Below the pieces are notes generated by a model. It saw nothing but the letters and a program-made list of their open reading frames with translations. It made no database searches and was not told the origin of the DNA. A stretch of DNA of 64,000 bases from Bacteroidetes bacterium MED-G21 (GTDB lineage Bacteria; Bacteroidota; Bacteroidia; Flavobacteriales; UBA7430). The stretch covers positions 1,191 to 65,190 of the forward strand of contig NTKG01000001.1 of the NCBI GenBank assembly GCA_002457305.1. Direction: 5' to 3'. Both the position numbers and the translations under genes were made by a program. This document shows positions 9,641-19,578 of this stretch, one piece after another (the stretch's first letter is position 1; each line of letters starts with the position of its first letter).

Positions 9641-10684
9641 ATGCATAAAAGGTTTAATATCCCTGTTTTTTTTGCTTTAATTACAATTGCACTGACTTTT
9701 TTTGTTGCTGTATTTGCGTATTATTTGGCACCAGATAGCAGCCCTTATGCCAATGAAATGCATTTGGAGTTAAGTCTGCTAGAACCTCAAACAGAGGTAA
9801 GGTTTATTAAACTTAGAAACGATAATACAACAGACGTTTCATTTTTTCACAGACTTATTTATGGTGAAAAAATTAATTATAGAGCTGTTCCGGTTAATAC
9901 TTTTACGCTTAAGGAAAATGAACTGGAGTATGAACTTTATAACAGCTCTTATATAAAGAAACTTAAGTTTAGTGAGCTAGAAGGAGATACACCAGATGTC
10001 TATAGTTATGTGAGGGTATATCATTTAGGTACGGATAAATACGGAAGAGATCTTTTAAGCAGACTTATGGTGGCTACTCGTATTTCGTTAGCTGTAGGAT
10101 TTATTTCGGTATTTATTTCTTTAGTAATAGGGATTACTTTAGGTTTAATTTCTGGCTATTATGGCTCATGGGTTGATAAGATTATTATGTGGCTTATAAA
10201 TGTCGTTTGGTCCATTCCTACTTTACTAATGGTGATTGCAATAAGCTTGGCTTTAGGTAAAGGTTTTTGGCAAGTTTTTGTTGCTGTTGGACTTACCATG
10301 TGGGTCGAAGTAGCACGTGTTGTAAGAGGTCAGGTTATGAGTTTAAAAAAAATGGAATATATACAGGCTGCTCAAGTTTTGGGTTTTGGAAATATCAGAA
10401 TCATGTTTGCACATATCTTACCAAATATAATGAGCCCAGTTATTGTGATTTCTGCTGCCAACTTTGCTTCGGCAATATTGATGGAAGCAGGTTTAAGCTT
10501 TTTGGGGATTGGTGCACAAGCACCTATTCCCTCATGGGGCTCCATGATAAAAGATCATTATGCTTATATTATTCTAGATAAAGCATATTTAGCTGTAGCC
10601 CCTGGAATGGCAATTATGTTTTTAGTACTTGCATTTATGTTGTTAGGTAACATGCTTCGTGACAGGCTTGATGTGAGAACATAA
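9641..10684 (+). CDS. ABC transporter permease (DppC/OppC-like), no partner genes nearby
   Basis: N-terminal TM, ~110-aa extracytoplasmic insert, then the binding-protein-dependent permease core with the EAA-type loop MEYIQAAQVLGFGNIRIMFAHILPN. Confidence 0.85.
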   Translation: MHKRFNIPVFFALITIALTFFVAVFAYYLAPDSSPYANEMHLELSLLEPQTEVRFIKLRNDNTTDVSFFHRLIYGEKINYRAVPVNTFTLKENELEYELYNSSYIKKLKFSELEGDTPDVYSYVRVYHLGTDKYGRDLLSRLMVATRISLAVGFISVFISLVIGITLGLISGYYGSWVDKIIMWLINVVWSIPTLLMVIAISLALGKGFWQVFVAVGLTMWVEVARVVRGQVMSLKKMEYIQAAQVLGFGNIRIMFAHILPNIMSPVIVISAANFASAILMEAGLSFLGIGAQAPIPSWGSMIKDHYAYIILDKAYLAVAPGMAIMFLVLAFMLLGNMLRDRLDVRT

Positions 10685-10726
10685 TTTATGCTTTTCCCCA
10701 GTTACCTCTTTTTAAATTGTGTTCTA

Positions 10727-12124
10727 TTAGAAAATAAGAAGTCCGCTCACAAAAATAATTCCACCAACCAACATAATTATTAAGGTGTAAGGTAGAATTT
10801 CTTTTGCTTTTAAACCTGTAATTCCAAGCAGAGGCAAAGCCCAAAAAGGTTGAAGCATGTTGGTTAATTGGTCTCCATAAGCGAGTGCCATTACATTTTT
10901 AGAGATGTTTAGACCTAGTTGCTGAGAAGCTTCAATAATAATTGGACCTTGAATAGCCCATTGACCACCACCACTTGGAACAAATACATTTACAATGCCC
11001 GCACTTATAAAAGTGAATATAGGAAAAGTGGTTTCGGTTGAGATACTCACAAAAAAATCTGATAAGGAATGAATCATTCCAGTGTGCTTCATAATCTCCA
11101 TAATACCAAAGTATAAAGGAAATTGAATGAGAATACCAGATGCACCAGAAATAGCTTGGTCTATTGCTTTTAAAAACCGATAGAAATTACCATGAAATAA
11201 AATACCCAGTCCAAGTAAAGAGAAATTGATGAAATTGGGACTAATGAAATTTAGATTAACAGACTCAGGAAGAATTACTGATTTGTAAAAAGCAAAAGAG
11301 AGTATTCCTGCACCTAATATTCCTGCTAATAATTTTGAGTGATCTAATCGTTCTGCACCCATTAATTCAGAAGGTTCAGAATCTATATTCATACTATTTA
11401 GTTGGTAGTCTTTGGCAATGCTTTTTTTACCAATAAAGTACATCATTCCTGGAAGTGTCATCAGTAGTATTATAGATACACTTAAATTCATTGTAGAGAA
11501 AACGGTGTCGGTAAAGCTCAGCATATCAGGTAATTGATCTAGCTGTTCTTTATTGTAAATACCTGTCATTAACGATTGAATATGCCCAGATTCAGCAGCT
11601 TTTACAGGTGCTGATCCCGATATGCCACCATGCCAAACCATTAAGCCAGAATAACCACATGCTCCAATAATTGGATAGTGGAGAGGCCATTTGTTTTGAC
11701 TTGCATTTTCGGCAACTTTTCTTGCAAATATTGCCCCAAATATAAGTCCTAAACCCCAGTTGAATAAACTCACTATTAATGTCAATAGGCACACCCAAAA
11801 TGCTGCACTCGCAGTGTTGTTACAATAAGCGGTCATGTATTGAATACCTTTGTTTATAGGTTGACTAAGTGCCAATACATGTCCTAAAACCAACATAAGC
11901 ATCATTTGCATGGCAAATACCATCAAAGGCGAATTCCAAAGTCCTTGTTCCCAGTATTCAATGATGGTTATACTTCGCGAAACATATCCTAGATCTTTGT
12001 CACCTGTATACACTAAGGCGAGTAATACACTTAAAAAAGTCAGTATTACCGCAATTGTAAATGGACTTGGGAATATTTTTTTAAATATATTTTCAATGTT
12101 GTTCGCAAATTTCATAGCGTTCAT
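10727..12124 (-). CDS. AtoE-like short-chain fatty acid transporter family membrane protein
   Basis: 465-aa polytopic membrane protein. The N-terminus FANNIENIFKKIFPSPFTIAVILT and overall pattern fit the AtoE/TIGR00366 family as I remember it. Confidence 0.75.
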   Translation of the reverse strand: MNAMKFANNIENIFKKIFPSPFTIAVILTFLSVLLALVYTGDKDLGYVSRSITIIEYWEQGLWNSPLMVFAMQMMLMLVLGHVLALSQPINKGIQYMTAYCNNTASAAFWVCLLTLIVSLFNWGLGLIFGAIFARKVAENASQNKWPLHYPIIGACGYSGLMVWHGGISGSAPVKAAESGHIQSLMTGIYNKEQLDQLPDMLSFTDTVFSTMNLSVSIILLMTLPGMMYFIGKKSIAKDYQLNSMNIDSEPSELMGAERLDHSKLLAGILGAGILSFAFYKSVILPESVNLNFISPNFINFSLLGLGILFHGNFYRFLKAIDQAISGASGILIQFPLYFGIMEIMKHTGMIHSLSDFFVSISTETTFPIFTFISAGIVNVFVPSGGGQWAIQGPIIIEASQQLGLNISKNVMALAYGDQLTNMLQPFWALPLLGITGLKAKEILPYTLIIMLVGGIIFVSGLLIF

Positions 12125-12232
12125 GTTTAAACCACTAAAGTATTAAATTTTGTTTCTAAGTACGGCCCCTTTTTTATTTGTATATGTTTTTAACTTTTAT
12201 TCTTCTTCGTATCACATGCGCCTTAATTTATT

Positions 12233-12240
12233 TACATTTG
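12233..12240 (+). promoter_or_regulatory. Bacteroidota -7 box TACATTTG (ruvB)
   Basis: Exact TAnnTTTG match 18 nt upstream of the ruvB ATG. Confidence 0.4.
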
Positions 12241-12258
12241 TTTATATAGTTTGGCTTT

Positions 12259-13281
12259 ATGAATGAACATTTAGATGCTTCTTCAGAAGATTTAGGTTCT
12301 GAAGAAAACGAATTTGAAATTAAACTTCGCCCTGCGGCTTTTGATGACTTTTCTGGTCAACAAAAGGTGGTTGATAATTTAGAGGTTTTTGTTTCTGCGT
12401 CGAATCAAAGAGGTGATGCTTTAGATCATGTACTCTTGCATGGACCTCCAGGTCTTGGTAAGACAACATTAGCAGGTATTGTTGCAAATGAACTTGGTGT
12501 TCAGATGAAAGTGACCTCTGGTCCTGTTTTAGATAAACCGGGCGACCTTGCTGGATTGTTGACAAATCTAGAGGAAAGAGATGTATTGTTTATTGATGAG
12601 ATTCATAGATTATCTCCTGTAGTGGAGGAGTATCTTTATTCTGCAATGGAAGATTTTAAGATTGATATTTTGATTGAGTCTGGCCCAAATGCACGTTCAG
12701 TTCAAATTAATTTAAATCCCTTTACACTTATTGGAGCGACCACTAGGTCTGGTTTGTTAACTGCGCCATTAAGAGCACGTTTTGGTATAAATAGTAGATT
12801 AGAGTATTATAATTCTGATTTGTTGTCTAAAATTGTTGACCGTTCTGCTGGTATATTAAATGTACCTATTGATTTTGATGCTGCTGCTGAAATAGCTGGC
12901 AGAAGTAGAGGTACGCCTCGTATAGCGAATGCATTATTGCGACGCGTTAGAGATTTTGCTCAAATTAAGGGTACAGGACATGTCGATATGTCAATTACTA
13001 ATGTTGCATTAGATGCTCTTAAAGTAGATAAAAAGGGTTTAGATGAGATGGATATTATGATTTTAGAGACGATAATTGATAAGTTTAAGGGTGGTCCTGT
13101 TGGTGTTGGAACCATTGCAACTGCAGTAAGTGAAAAGGCGGCAACTTTAGAGGAGGTTTACGAGCCTTATTTAATTCAAGAAGGTTATATCGTTAGAACA
13201 CAAAGAGGAAGGCTTGCTACAGAGGCAGCTTACAATCATTTAGGTCGCGTGTACAGCGACAAGGGCTTAAATTTGTTTTAA
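12259..13281 (+). CDS. ruvB: Holliday junction DNA helicase RuvB
   Basis: [15 protein letters not shown], Walker [10 protein letters not shown], Walker [28 protein letters not shown] sensor/winged helix. Confidence 0.97.
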   Translation: MNEHLDASSEDLGSEENEFEIKLRPAAFDDFSGQQKVVDNLEVFVSASNQRGDALDHVLLHGPPGLGKTTLAGIVANELGVQMKVTSGPVLDKPGDLAGLLTNLEERDVLFIDEIHRLSPVVEEYLYSAMEDFKIDILIESGPNARSVQINLNPFTLIGATTRSGLLTAPLRARFGINSRLEYYNSDLLSKIVDRSAGILNVPIDFDAAAEIAGRSRGTPRIANALLRRVRDFAQIKGTGHVDMSITNVALDALKVDKKGLDEMDIMILETIIDKFKGGPVGVGTIATAVSEKAATLEEVYEPYLIQEGYIVRTQRGRLATEAAYNHLGRVYSDKGLNLF

Positions 13282-13322
13282 AAGGGAAGTGTTCTTGGCT
13301 GAATAGCTTTAATTAAGACTTT

Positions 13323-13511
13323 CTATAGAATTGCTTCAAAAGCTTGCTGAATTATATCTGAGTATTTATTTCCATACATTTCGATGCACCACTCTCTTAA
13401 ACTTTTTGCATCTGTTGTGTTAATCCACTGAATTGATTTTACCAGTTCTTTTTTAAATAATACTTGATCAAAACTGACCTTTTCTAATATACTTTTACAA
13501 AATTCAAGCAT
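13323..13511 (-). CDS. Small hypothetical helical protein (62 aa)
   Basis: ORF with its own TATATTTG -7 box 23 nt upstream. No recognisable motif. Confidence 0.45.
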   Translation of the reverse strand: MLEFCKSILEKVSFDQVLFKKELVKSIQWINTTDAKSLREWCIEMYGNKYSDIIQQAFEAIL

Positions 13512-13533
13512 AGGAAAATTTTAGTTATTTTTT

Positions 13534-13541
13534 CAAATATA
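13534..13541 (-). promoter_or_regulatory. -7 box TATATTTG (minus strand) for the 62-aa ORF
   Basis: CAAATATA on the plus strand equals TAnnTTTG on the minus strand. Confidence 0.35.
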
Positions 13542-13591
13542 ACGTATTAAAGGATTTTTATTATGTGTCGTAATTTAAAAGATATGAACAT

Positions 13592-14152
13592 TTAAGATTG
13601 CCACCTGAAGCTGTCTTTCTTTAAATCAGCTAAATCGATTACTCTGTTGATGACTGTCGCTGCAAGTTCTTCAAAATTATTTGGTTTGCTGTAAAAAGAG
13701 GGTGATGCTGGCATAATAATTCCACCAGCTTCTGTAATCGTTTTCATACTGTTAATATGAATAAGATTTAAGGGCGAATCTCTATTAATAAGGATTAATT
13801 TTCTGCGCTCCTTTAAGATGACATCTGCAGCCCTAGTAACAAGATCATTTGAAACCCCAGATGCGATTCGCGCTAAAGTACCCATAGAACATGGAGCCAC
13901 AATCATGGTTTTGTATTGTGCTGATCCCGAAGCAAACGGAGCCATAAAGTCATTTTTTTCGTAATACTTAAAAGGATAGTCTTTATAACTGTCATTTCCC
14001 AGTTCAAATTCCCAAACATCTTTGGCATTTTTTGACATTACAATTCCAACAGCGTCTATTTGGTCTTTAAGAACGACCAACTGATCTAAAAGAACTTTAG
14101 CATAAATAGAACCACTGGCTCCGGTTATTGCAACTATAATTTTGTGTTTCAT
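13592..14152 (-). CDS. ubiX: Flavin prenyltransferase UbiX
   Basis: KIIVAITGASGSIYAKVLL flavoprotein N-terminus, APCSMGTLARIASGVSNDL motif, 186 aa. Confidence 0.9.
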   Translation of the reverse strand: MKHKIIVAITGASGSIYAKVLLDQLVVLKDQIDAVGIVMSKNAKDVWEFELGNDSYKDYPFKYYEKNDFMAPFASGSAQYKTMIVAPCSMGTLARIASGVSNDLVTRAADVILKERRKLILINRDSPLNLIHINSMKTITEAGGIIMPASPSFYSKPNNFEELAATVINRVIDLADLKKDSFRWQS

Positions 14153-14745
14153 TATCGACTAATTTGATACATGAATGCAAATGTAACTAAAGAAGAGAAC
14201 TGTCCACTATTAAGCCCCAATTCTTCTTCAGAAGCGTGTTTACGAATTCGGCTTATTGAGTTGGCGTACCTTATATTTAGTTTAAGATTTTTTTTAAACT
14301 GATATTGAACGCCTAATAAAAAATCAATTGCAAATGTATTGGGTTTATCTGTGTTTATGTCAGCGATTTCGTCTTGTTCTTTGTAGTCAACTAAAAAGGC
14401 TGTTCCGATGCCACTTTCTATAGATATTCCTTTTTTGACTTGGTAGTTCAAGGTCGTGGGAAGTTCAATATAATTCAGCTCAAATAAATAAGTTTCAGGA
14501 CTATTTTCGGTAAAAGGTTTTTTACTTCCTTTTTCCAGATACTGCATTTCCAGTTGATAATTCATTTTTTTATTGATGGGGTAGCTGATGTAGGCACCGA
14601 ATCTTGATCCTAACTTATTGAAGCCGCTGAGATTGTCTCCCGTTACTTGACTTGTGGAAAATCCACCAAGGAGTCCTGCATCAAAATTTTGTGCTGATGT
14701 TATTGCGAAACATAGTATGAAAATTGCTGTAAATACTGCTTTCAT
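14152..14745 (-). CDS. Small outer-membrane beta-barrel (porin-family/OMP_b-brl_2-like)
   Basis: Signal peptide ...CFAITSAQN. Alternating strands GLLGGFSTSQV..., ~8-strand size, aromatic-rich C-terminus. Its TAA stop overlaps the ubiX ATG (TAATG). Confidence 0.65.
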   Translation of the reverse strand: MKAVFTAIFILCFAITSAQNFDAGLLGGFSTSQVTGDNLSGFNKLGSRFGAYISYPINKKMNYQLEMQYLEKGSKKPFTENSPETYLFELNYIELPTTLNYQVKKGISIESGIGTAFLVDYKEQDEIADINTDKPNTFAIDFLLGVQYQFKKNLKLNIRYANSISRIRKHASEEELGLNSGQFSSLVTFAFMYQISR

Positions 14746-14746
14746 T

Positions 14747-15592
14747 TTATTCCATAATATAAGTTTCTTGAGCCTGAATCACTTGGTATGTGTTTGTGTT
14801 AGAAACAAATGCCACAGCAGTCATATTTTCAGCCAGCCAATTTTCATTTAGATTTAAACTAAAAGTATTAGAGATGACATCGCCATTATTGTAATCAGAT
14901 AGACCTAAATCTACACCCCAAGAGCCAGTAAGGCTTTTTCTCATGACATGATTGTGCTCATAGTCAGCGATTTCCTGAGGGTCTGCATCGTAATCTGTTT
15001 GGTATGCAATAATATGACTTTCGGTTAGGATAACATTTAGGCTTAGTGGTGCTGAAATAGATTCTAATATTTCTGTTGTAGTTTCAATCGTTAAGGAATT
15101 TGAAGAGGCGTTAAATTCAGGTTCTATTTCAATATATATTTGAGCATCTGATTGTAAAAGCTCATCTACTTTTTGCGCCCATTGGGAGTGTTGTGTAATA
15201 TGGTCTGATGAAGGATATCCTACTCTATTGACCATACCGTTTGGGTTCCCTGCCGCACTATTTCCAAAAAAAGCATCCCATTCATTTCCTGCAGTAGAGG
15301 TGAAATCTGTAGTGAAATTTCCTCCAAAATCAGAGGCGAAAAAACCTGCATGTATGGCAATAGGTATCAGTTGGTCTCCATAAATTTCTTTTAATTCTTC
15401 CGCTTTTTCTGCTGCCCTTGGGCAATTACCACATTTGTGTCCAGTATAATCTTCTAGAAGAATTTTTTTACATTTTTCTGCACATTCTTCTACAATAATT
15501 TCTTCAGTAAATGGACCCTCAATAACATCACAAGACTGAAAGATGTTAGAGAATGTGAAGATGAATGCGAAGAAATATTTTAAGTTATTCAT
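14747..15592 (-). CDS. Omp28-related protein with thioredoxin-like CxxC
   Basis: Signal peptide, then ILLEDYTGHKCGNCPRAAEKAEEL. This matches the EeFTG.wCg.CP pattern I associate with the Omp28-related family. Confidence 0.65.
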   Translation of the reverse strand: MNNLKYFFAFIFTFSNIFQSCDVIEGPFTEEIIVEECAEKCKKILLEDYTGHKCGNCPRAAEKAEELKEIYGDQLIPIAIHAGFFASDFGGNFTTDFTSTAGNEWDAFFGNSAAGNPNGMVNRVGYPSSDHITQHSQWAQKVDELLQSDAQIYIEIEPEFNASSNSLTIETTTEILESISAPLSLNVILTESHIIAYQTDYDADPQEIADYEHNHVMRKSLTGSWGVDLGLSDYNNGDVISNTFSLNLNENWLAENMTAVAFVSNTNTYQVIQAQETYIME

Positions 15593-15595
15593 GAT

Positions 15596-17236
15596 CTAAA
15601 AACTTGAAGTGATACTTAAAGAAAAACCATTTGATTTTGGAACATTACGACATACGCCACCAACACAAAAGATTCCTTCCCTTTGTTTGCCATAACCTAA
15701 AGCAAAACGAGTGGTGTTTTTTGTATAACCAGCCGAAATGTTTGGGTAATGTGTTTTATTTATTTTGTTACCGTAATTGTAAAGATTTTGAATAGCAAGG
15801 AAGTAGTGTGGAGATACGGTGTATTCAACAAGTCCCATAGCCCAATTGCCTTCGTGCTGAGCTGTTTTTAAGTGTTGTAATTCGGTTCGTATTGAGTGTT
15901 TGGGTTTTAGTTTGTATTGGGTTTCTAAAATCCAAATACCCGCTTTTATCATGCCATAATTTCCATAACCAACAATAAAATTACTGTTGTAATGTGTGTT
16001 CAGGTATGTTCCTATAAGTTTTAGTTTTCGATTTATTTTTTTTGAAATCTCTAGACTATATTCCTGAAAATATTTGTCATCCCCGACTTTGAAGAAGTCT
16101 GAAGTGTATCCGAGCGTTCCAGATTCTCCTATAGCAGTATCTTCATTAATTGGTGCTTTGTGAATGCTGTATGCATTAGAGAAATTTGCCAGGATTCCTA
16201 TTCCATATTTACCTCCTAAAAGAGTCCCTTTTTTAATTTTATAGTTTAAGTCGGCTTGGAGGCCCATTTCTCCGTTGGCAATAGTACCGTATGGGTAAAT
16301 TGTAGCTAGCGCATAGGTATGTTGTTTGGTTAAAGCAGGTAAAAAGTTAATACTAACTTCCTGACCACCTAAGTTTCGGTCTGAGTTAAAACTCATATTA
16401 TCAATACGTTTTGCAGCCAATGAGAATCCAAACCCTTTTTGGGAGTAGCCAAGGTTAGCTAAAAGCGCTTGTCCTTCCTTGTAAATAAAGTTATTTGTAG
16501 CAGAAGGGTCATTATACTTGTATACATACTCAGCACCCATTATCCATTTTCCGTGGTAGATGCTAAATCTACTGGCCCATGAGGCTACATTTTCAGGAAG
16601 GATATAAATAGGGTCTAAATCTTTTTGAAACTTGCTTACGAAGCTACCACCAATCATAACTTGAGTTTTGATATCTGAAAGGCTTTCAAAAGATTCGTTT
16701 AATGAAATTTCGCCATCGAACCCTCTCACAATTCCTTCAGCTTTATCAAAATATAAACGTTGTCTTCCAATTAATGATTTTAAATAAACCCCATTAAATG
16801 GTGAGTATTTTAAACGGATACCATCAAAAGCATTGTCGTAGCCTAAGTTTCTTTCTTCGAATGCGCGGAGGATCATTCCACTTCCAAATTGCTCATAAAA
16901 ATTACCTAATGTAATGTCTAAGCCATCCTTATTAAATTGAGTGTAACGATAGGTGATTCCTTCGCCATTATATCTTTTATCAAACCCTAGTAATACATTG
17001 TGGTTTGCTTCATAGCGCATTCCTGCACTAAAATTACTTGTTGTATATAGAAGATTTGCAAAACTATTGATTAGGAATTTTTCACTGGGTAGATTTTCAG
17101 AAGTAATACCTAGGTCTGCATCTTCATAATAGAGTTGTGAGTTGCTTTGAAAATTCCCACTGAGATGACCGTTTTGAATACCTTGGCAAAATAGAGGCCC
17201 TGAGCAAAAAAGAAGTCCATAAAGTACTTTTTTCAT
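15596..17236 (-). CDS. DUF6029-like large outer-membrane beta-barrel
   Basis: Signal peptide, then GNFQSNSQLYYEDADLG...FSAGMRYE...ITLGNFYEQFGSGMILRAFEERNLGYDNAFDG, and ends ...FSLSITSSF. Resembles the DUF6029 family from memory. Confidence 0.6.
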   Translation of the reverse strand: MKKVLYGLLFCSGPLFCQGIQNGHLSGNFQSNSQLYYEDADLGITSENLPSEKFLINSFANLLYTTSNFSAGMRYEANHNVLLGFDKRYNGEGITYRYTQFNKDGLDITLGNFYEQFGSGMILRAFEERNLGYDNAFDGIRLKYSPFNGVYLKSLIGRQRLYFDKAEGIVRGFDGEISLNESFESLSDIKTQVMIGGSFVSKFQKDLDPIYILPENVASWASRFSIYHGKWIMGAEYVYKYNDPSATNNFIYKEGQALLANLGYSQKGFGFSLAAKRIDNMSFNSDRNLGGQEVSINFLPALTKQHTYALATIYPYGTIANGEMGLQADLNYKIKKGTLLGGKYGIGILANFSNAYSIHKAPINEDTAIGESGTLGYTSDFFKVGDDKYFQEYSLEISKKINRKLKLIGTYLNTHYNSNFIVGYGNYGMIKAGIWILETQYKLKPKHSIRTELQHLKTAQHEGNWAMGLVEYTVSPHYFLAIQNLYNYGNKINKTHYPNISAGYTKNTTRFALGYGKQREGIFCVGGVCRNVPKSNGFSLSITSSF

Positions 17237-17248
17237 AGAAGGTCTTTC

Positions 17249-17740
17249 TTATAATTTTAAGATTTCTTCATATAATTCTTCCTCATCACCGTCAAGATAA
17301 GAGGTGTGCTGCCATACAATTTCTTTATTGGCATTTAAAAGAAAGGTATGTGGGATAGCATTTACGTTTAATGCTCTTTTAAGATCACTATTTGCATCGA
17401 TATAAATTTCAAATGGCCAATCTTTACCATTTGCAAATGGAGCTACTTTAGCTGCATTTCTAGAATCGTCAATAGATACAGCAATTACTTTTACACCGGT
17501 TTCTTCTTGCCAATCGTCATAAACTTCAGATATTGCATTGAGTTCTTTTGCACAAGGTTTACACCAGGTTGCCCAGAAGCTAATTACAATTGGATTATCT
17601 TCGTTTTCAAAAGTGTCTGTATTAACAGTTTTACCGTTAATTGATTTAACATTTACAGAAGGGAGTTTTGTGTTTTTTGTTTGAGCAACACAAAATGTAT
17701 TTGTTAAAATAAATAGAATTAAAATTAATATTTTTTTCAT
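17249..17740 (-). CDS. TlpA-family thiol:disulfide oxidoreductase (secreted thioredoxin fold)
   Basis: Signal peptide, WATWCKPC active site, AhpC/TSA-like length (163 aa). Confidence 0.9.
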   Translation of the reverse strand: MKKILILILFILTNTFCVAQTKNTKLPSVNVKSINGKTVNTDTFENEDNPIVISFWATWCKPCAKELNAISEVYDDWQEETGVKVIAVSIDDSRNAAKVAPFANGKDWPFEIYIDANSDLKRALNVNAIPHTFLLNANKEIVWQHTSYLDGDEEELYEEILKL

Positions 17741-17765
17741 GTTTTATTTTTATCAACAGTGTCTT

Positions 17766-17773
17766 CAAAGATA
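17766..17773 (-). promoter_or_regulatory. -7 box TATCTTTG (minus strand) for the tlpA-to-ubiX operon
   Basis: CAAAGATA on the plus strand, 26 nt upstream of the tlpA-like ATG. Confidence 0.35.
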
Positions 17774-17874
17774 CTAATATGTTTGTCATAAAGTGTGCCA
17801 AAATTACAGAATTCAATTTACATGATTTCTACACTAATTATTTGATAAGTATTGCATTGTGAAAAACATATTCG

Positions 17875-17882
17875 TATTTTTG
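17875..17882 (+). promoter_or_regulatory. -7 box TATTTTTG (gcvH)
   Basis: Exact TAnnTTTG 18 nt upstream of the ATG. TTG elements lie 15-20 nt further upstream. Confidence 0.4.
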
Positions 17883-17899
17883 ATTAAAATTTTTAAATA

Positions 17900-18280
17900 A
17901 TGAAAGTACCTGAAGAGTTGAAGTATACAAAAGACCATGAATGGGTTCGTGTCGAAGGAGAATTTGTTGTTGTTGGTGTAACAGATTTTGCGCAGAAAGA
18001 GCTTGGCGATATCGTTTATGTTGATGTAGATACTGAAGGAGATACGATAGAAAAAGAAGAGGTTTTTGGATCTGTTGAAGCAGTGAAAACAGTTTCAGAT
18101 TTAATGATGCCTGTTTCTGGAGAAATAGTTGCCTTTAATGAAGGACTTGAAGATGTTCCTGAGTTGGTTAATAATGATCCTTATGGTGATGGGTGGATTA
18201 TAAAAGTTCTTGTTTCTGATTTTAAAGAATTAGACAGCTTATTGTCAGCAGATCAGTATAAAGAACTCGTAGGTGTTTAA
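17900..18280 (+). CDS. gcvH: Glycine cleavage system protein H
   Basis: [12 protein letters not shown]..., lipoyl-lysine motif [11 protein letters not shown], 126 aa. Confidence 0.95.
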   Translation: MKVPEELKYTKDHEWVRVEGEFVVVGVTDFAQKELGDIVYVDVDTEGDTIEKEEVFGSVEAVKTVSDLMMPVSGEIVAFNEGLEDVPELVNNDPYGDGWIIKVLVSDFKELDSLLSADQYKELVGV

Positions 18281-18653
18281 AAGCAGTCTTTGGTCTTCAA
18301 TTTATCCTTCTTTAATTTGGGTTTTGATTATTTTGGTTGGCAGTATATTGCCTTCATCAAATGTTGAAGAAATTGAGGTCTCGGATAAACTACTTCATTT
18401 TGTTTTTTATGCCATTTTTTCTTTTTTTCTTTTTTTGTTAAGTCATAATGAGACTCTAGGCTTAGATAATTTGATTAAAAAATGGACTTTTGTCTTTACA
18501 ATTGGAACTACAGCAGGTTTGAGTATTGAATTTATTCAATATACTTTAATTCCTTCAAGGTCTGGTGAATGGCTTGATGTGCTAGCAAATAGTATTGGGT
18601 TAATAATGATGTTGAGTATTATGTATTTATTAAAAAGGATTAGTGTTTTGTAA
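18273..18653 (+). CDS. VanZ-family membrane protein
   Basis: Four TM helices and [14 protein letters not shown] motif. Overlaps the gcvH end by 8 nt. Confidence 0.7.
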   Translation: MFKSSLWSSIYPSLIWVLIILVGSILPSSNVEEIEVSDKLLHFVFYAIFSFFLFLLSHNETLGLDNLIKKWTFVFTIGTTAGLSIEFIQYTLIPSRSGEWLDVLANSIGLIMMLSIMYLLKRISVL

Positions 18654-18696
18654 TCCTTGGCTAAATGTTTAATTTTACGCAGTTAACAGATAAATT

Positions 18697-19395
18697 ATGG
18701 AAACTAAAAAGAATCCAAAAGCGAATTTAGAAACTAAAAGAGGGATGTTTATCCAGATTGGTTTAGTTGTCGCTATTTCGGTTTCTCTTGTAGCTTTTGA
18801 ATGGAAAAGCTATGAAAAGTCTGCTTCCGATCTTGGATCGATGGAGTTGGCTCTTGATGATGAGGAAATGATTCCAATCACACAAAGAGAGATTAAACCA
18901 CCACCACCACCACCACCACCGCCAGAGATCATTCAAATTGTTGAAGATGATGTGGAAATTGAGGTAGAACTTGAAATTGAAGAAACAGATTCTGATGAAG
19001 ATGAGATTATAGAAATTGAAGAGGAAGAAGAGGATGATGAAATATTCAATTTTGCCGTTGTGGAAGATAAACCTATTTATCCAGGTTGTGAAAAAGTTTC
19101 AAAGGATGAACGTTATATATGTTTTCAGCAGGGAATCATGAAGCATATTCGCAGCAATTTTAAATACCCTGCGATTCCTAAAGAAATGGGTATTTCAGAA
19201 AAAATATTCGTACAATTTGTAATCGATAAGGCAGGAAGAATCACTAATTCATTAGTAGTAAGAGGCGAGGATAAACACCTCAAAGAAGAAGCCCTTCGAT
19301 TGGTAAATTCAATTCCTAAATTACAAGCAGCAAAGCAAAGAGGTAAGCCTGTTCCTTGTAGTTTTACGGTACCGATTAATTTTAAATTACAATAA
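18697..19395 (+). CDS. TonB-like energy transducer
   Basis: N-terminal anchor, run of nine Pro codons (18898-18924), acidic E/D/I tract, and a C-terminal TonB_C-like domain (PIYPGCEK...KIFVQFVIDKAGRI...GKPV...FTVPINFKL). Confidence 0.85.
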   Translation: METKKNPKANLETKRGMFIQIGLVVAISVSLVAFEWKSYEKSASDLGSMELALDDEEMIPITQREIKPPPPPPPPPEIIQIVEDDVEIEVELEIEETDSDEDEIIEIEEEEEDDEIFNFAVVEDKPIYPGCEKVSKDERYICFQQGIMKHIRSNFKYPAIPKEMGISEKIFVQFVIDKAGRITNSLVVRGEDKHLKEEALRLVNSIPKLQAAKQRGKPVPCSFTVPINFKLQ

Positions 19396-19403
19396 AAATA
19401 AAA

Positions 19404-19434
19404 GCCCTCTAATTTAGAGGGCTTTTATTTTTTT
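19404..19434. terminator. Intrinsic (bidirectional-looking) terminator after the TonB-like gene
   Basis: GCCCTCT-aattt-AGAGGGC flanked by an A-run and a T-run. Confidence 0.7.
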
Positions 19435-19550
19435 AGCTAAGTTTTTTCCCATCTCAAGGCATCATCCATTGCATGATTCATGAAATTTGTATTATTTACA
19501 TACAAGTCAATTAATTATCAACCGAAAATAATTCATATTCAAAAATGTGC

Positions 19551-19558
19551 TATTTTTG
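19551..19558 (+). promoter_or_regulatory. -7 box TATTTTTG (upxY-like gene)
   Basis: Exact TAnnTTTG 20-29 nt upstream of the candidate TTG starts. Confidence 0.4.
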
Positions 19559-19578
19559 AATGTTAACCCCTTAATTTA

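Noticed and set aside
10267-10581. 104-aa same-strand out-of-frame ORF inside the ABC permease gene.
   Set aside because: It is Cys/Ser/Tyr-rich nonsense composition. The permease frame carries the conserved EAA loop and TM pattern.
18898-18924. Perfect CCA/CCG trinucleotide run that looks like a microsatellite.
   Set aside because: It is in frame within the TonB-like gene and encodes the nine-proline linker typical of TonB. It is not an independent repeat element.
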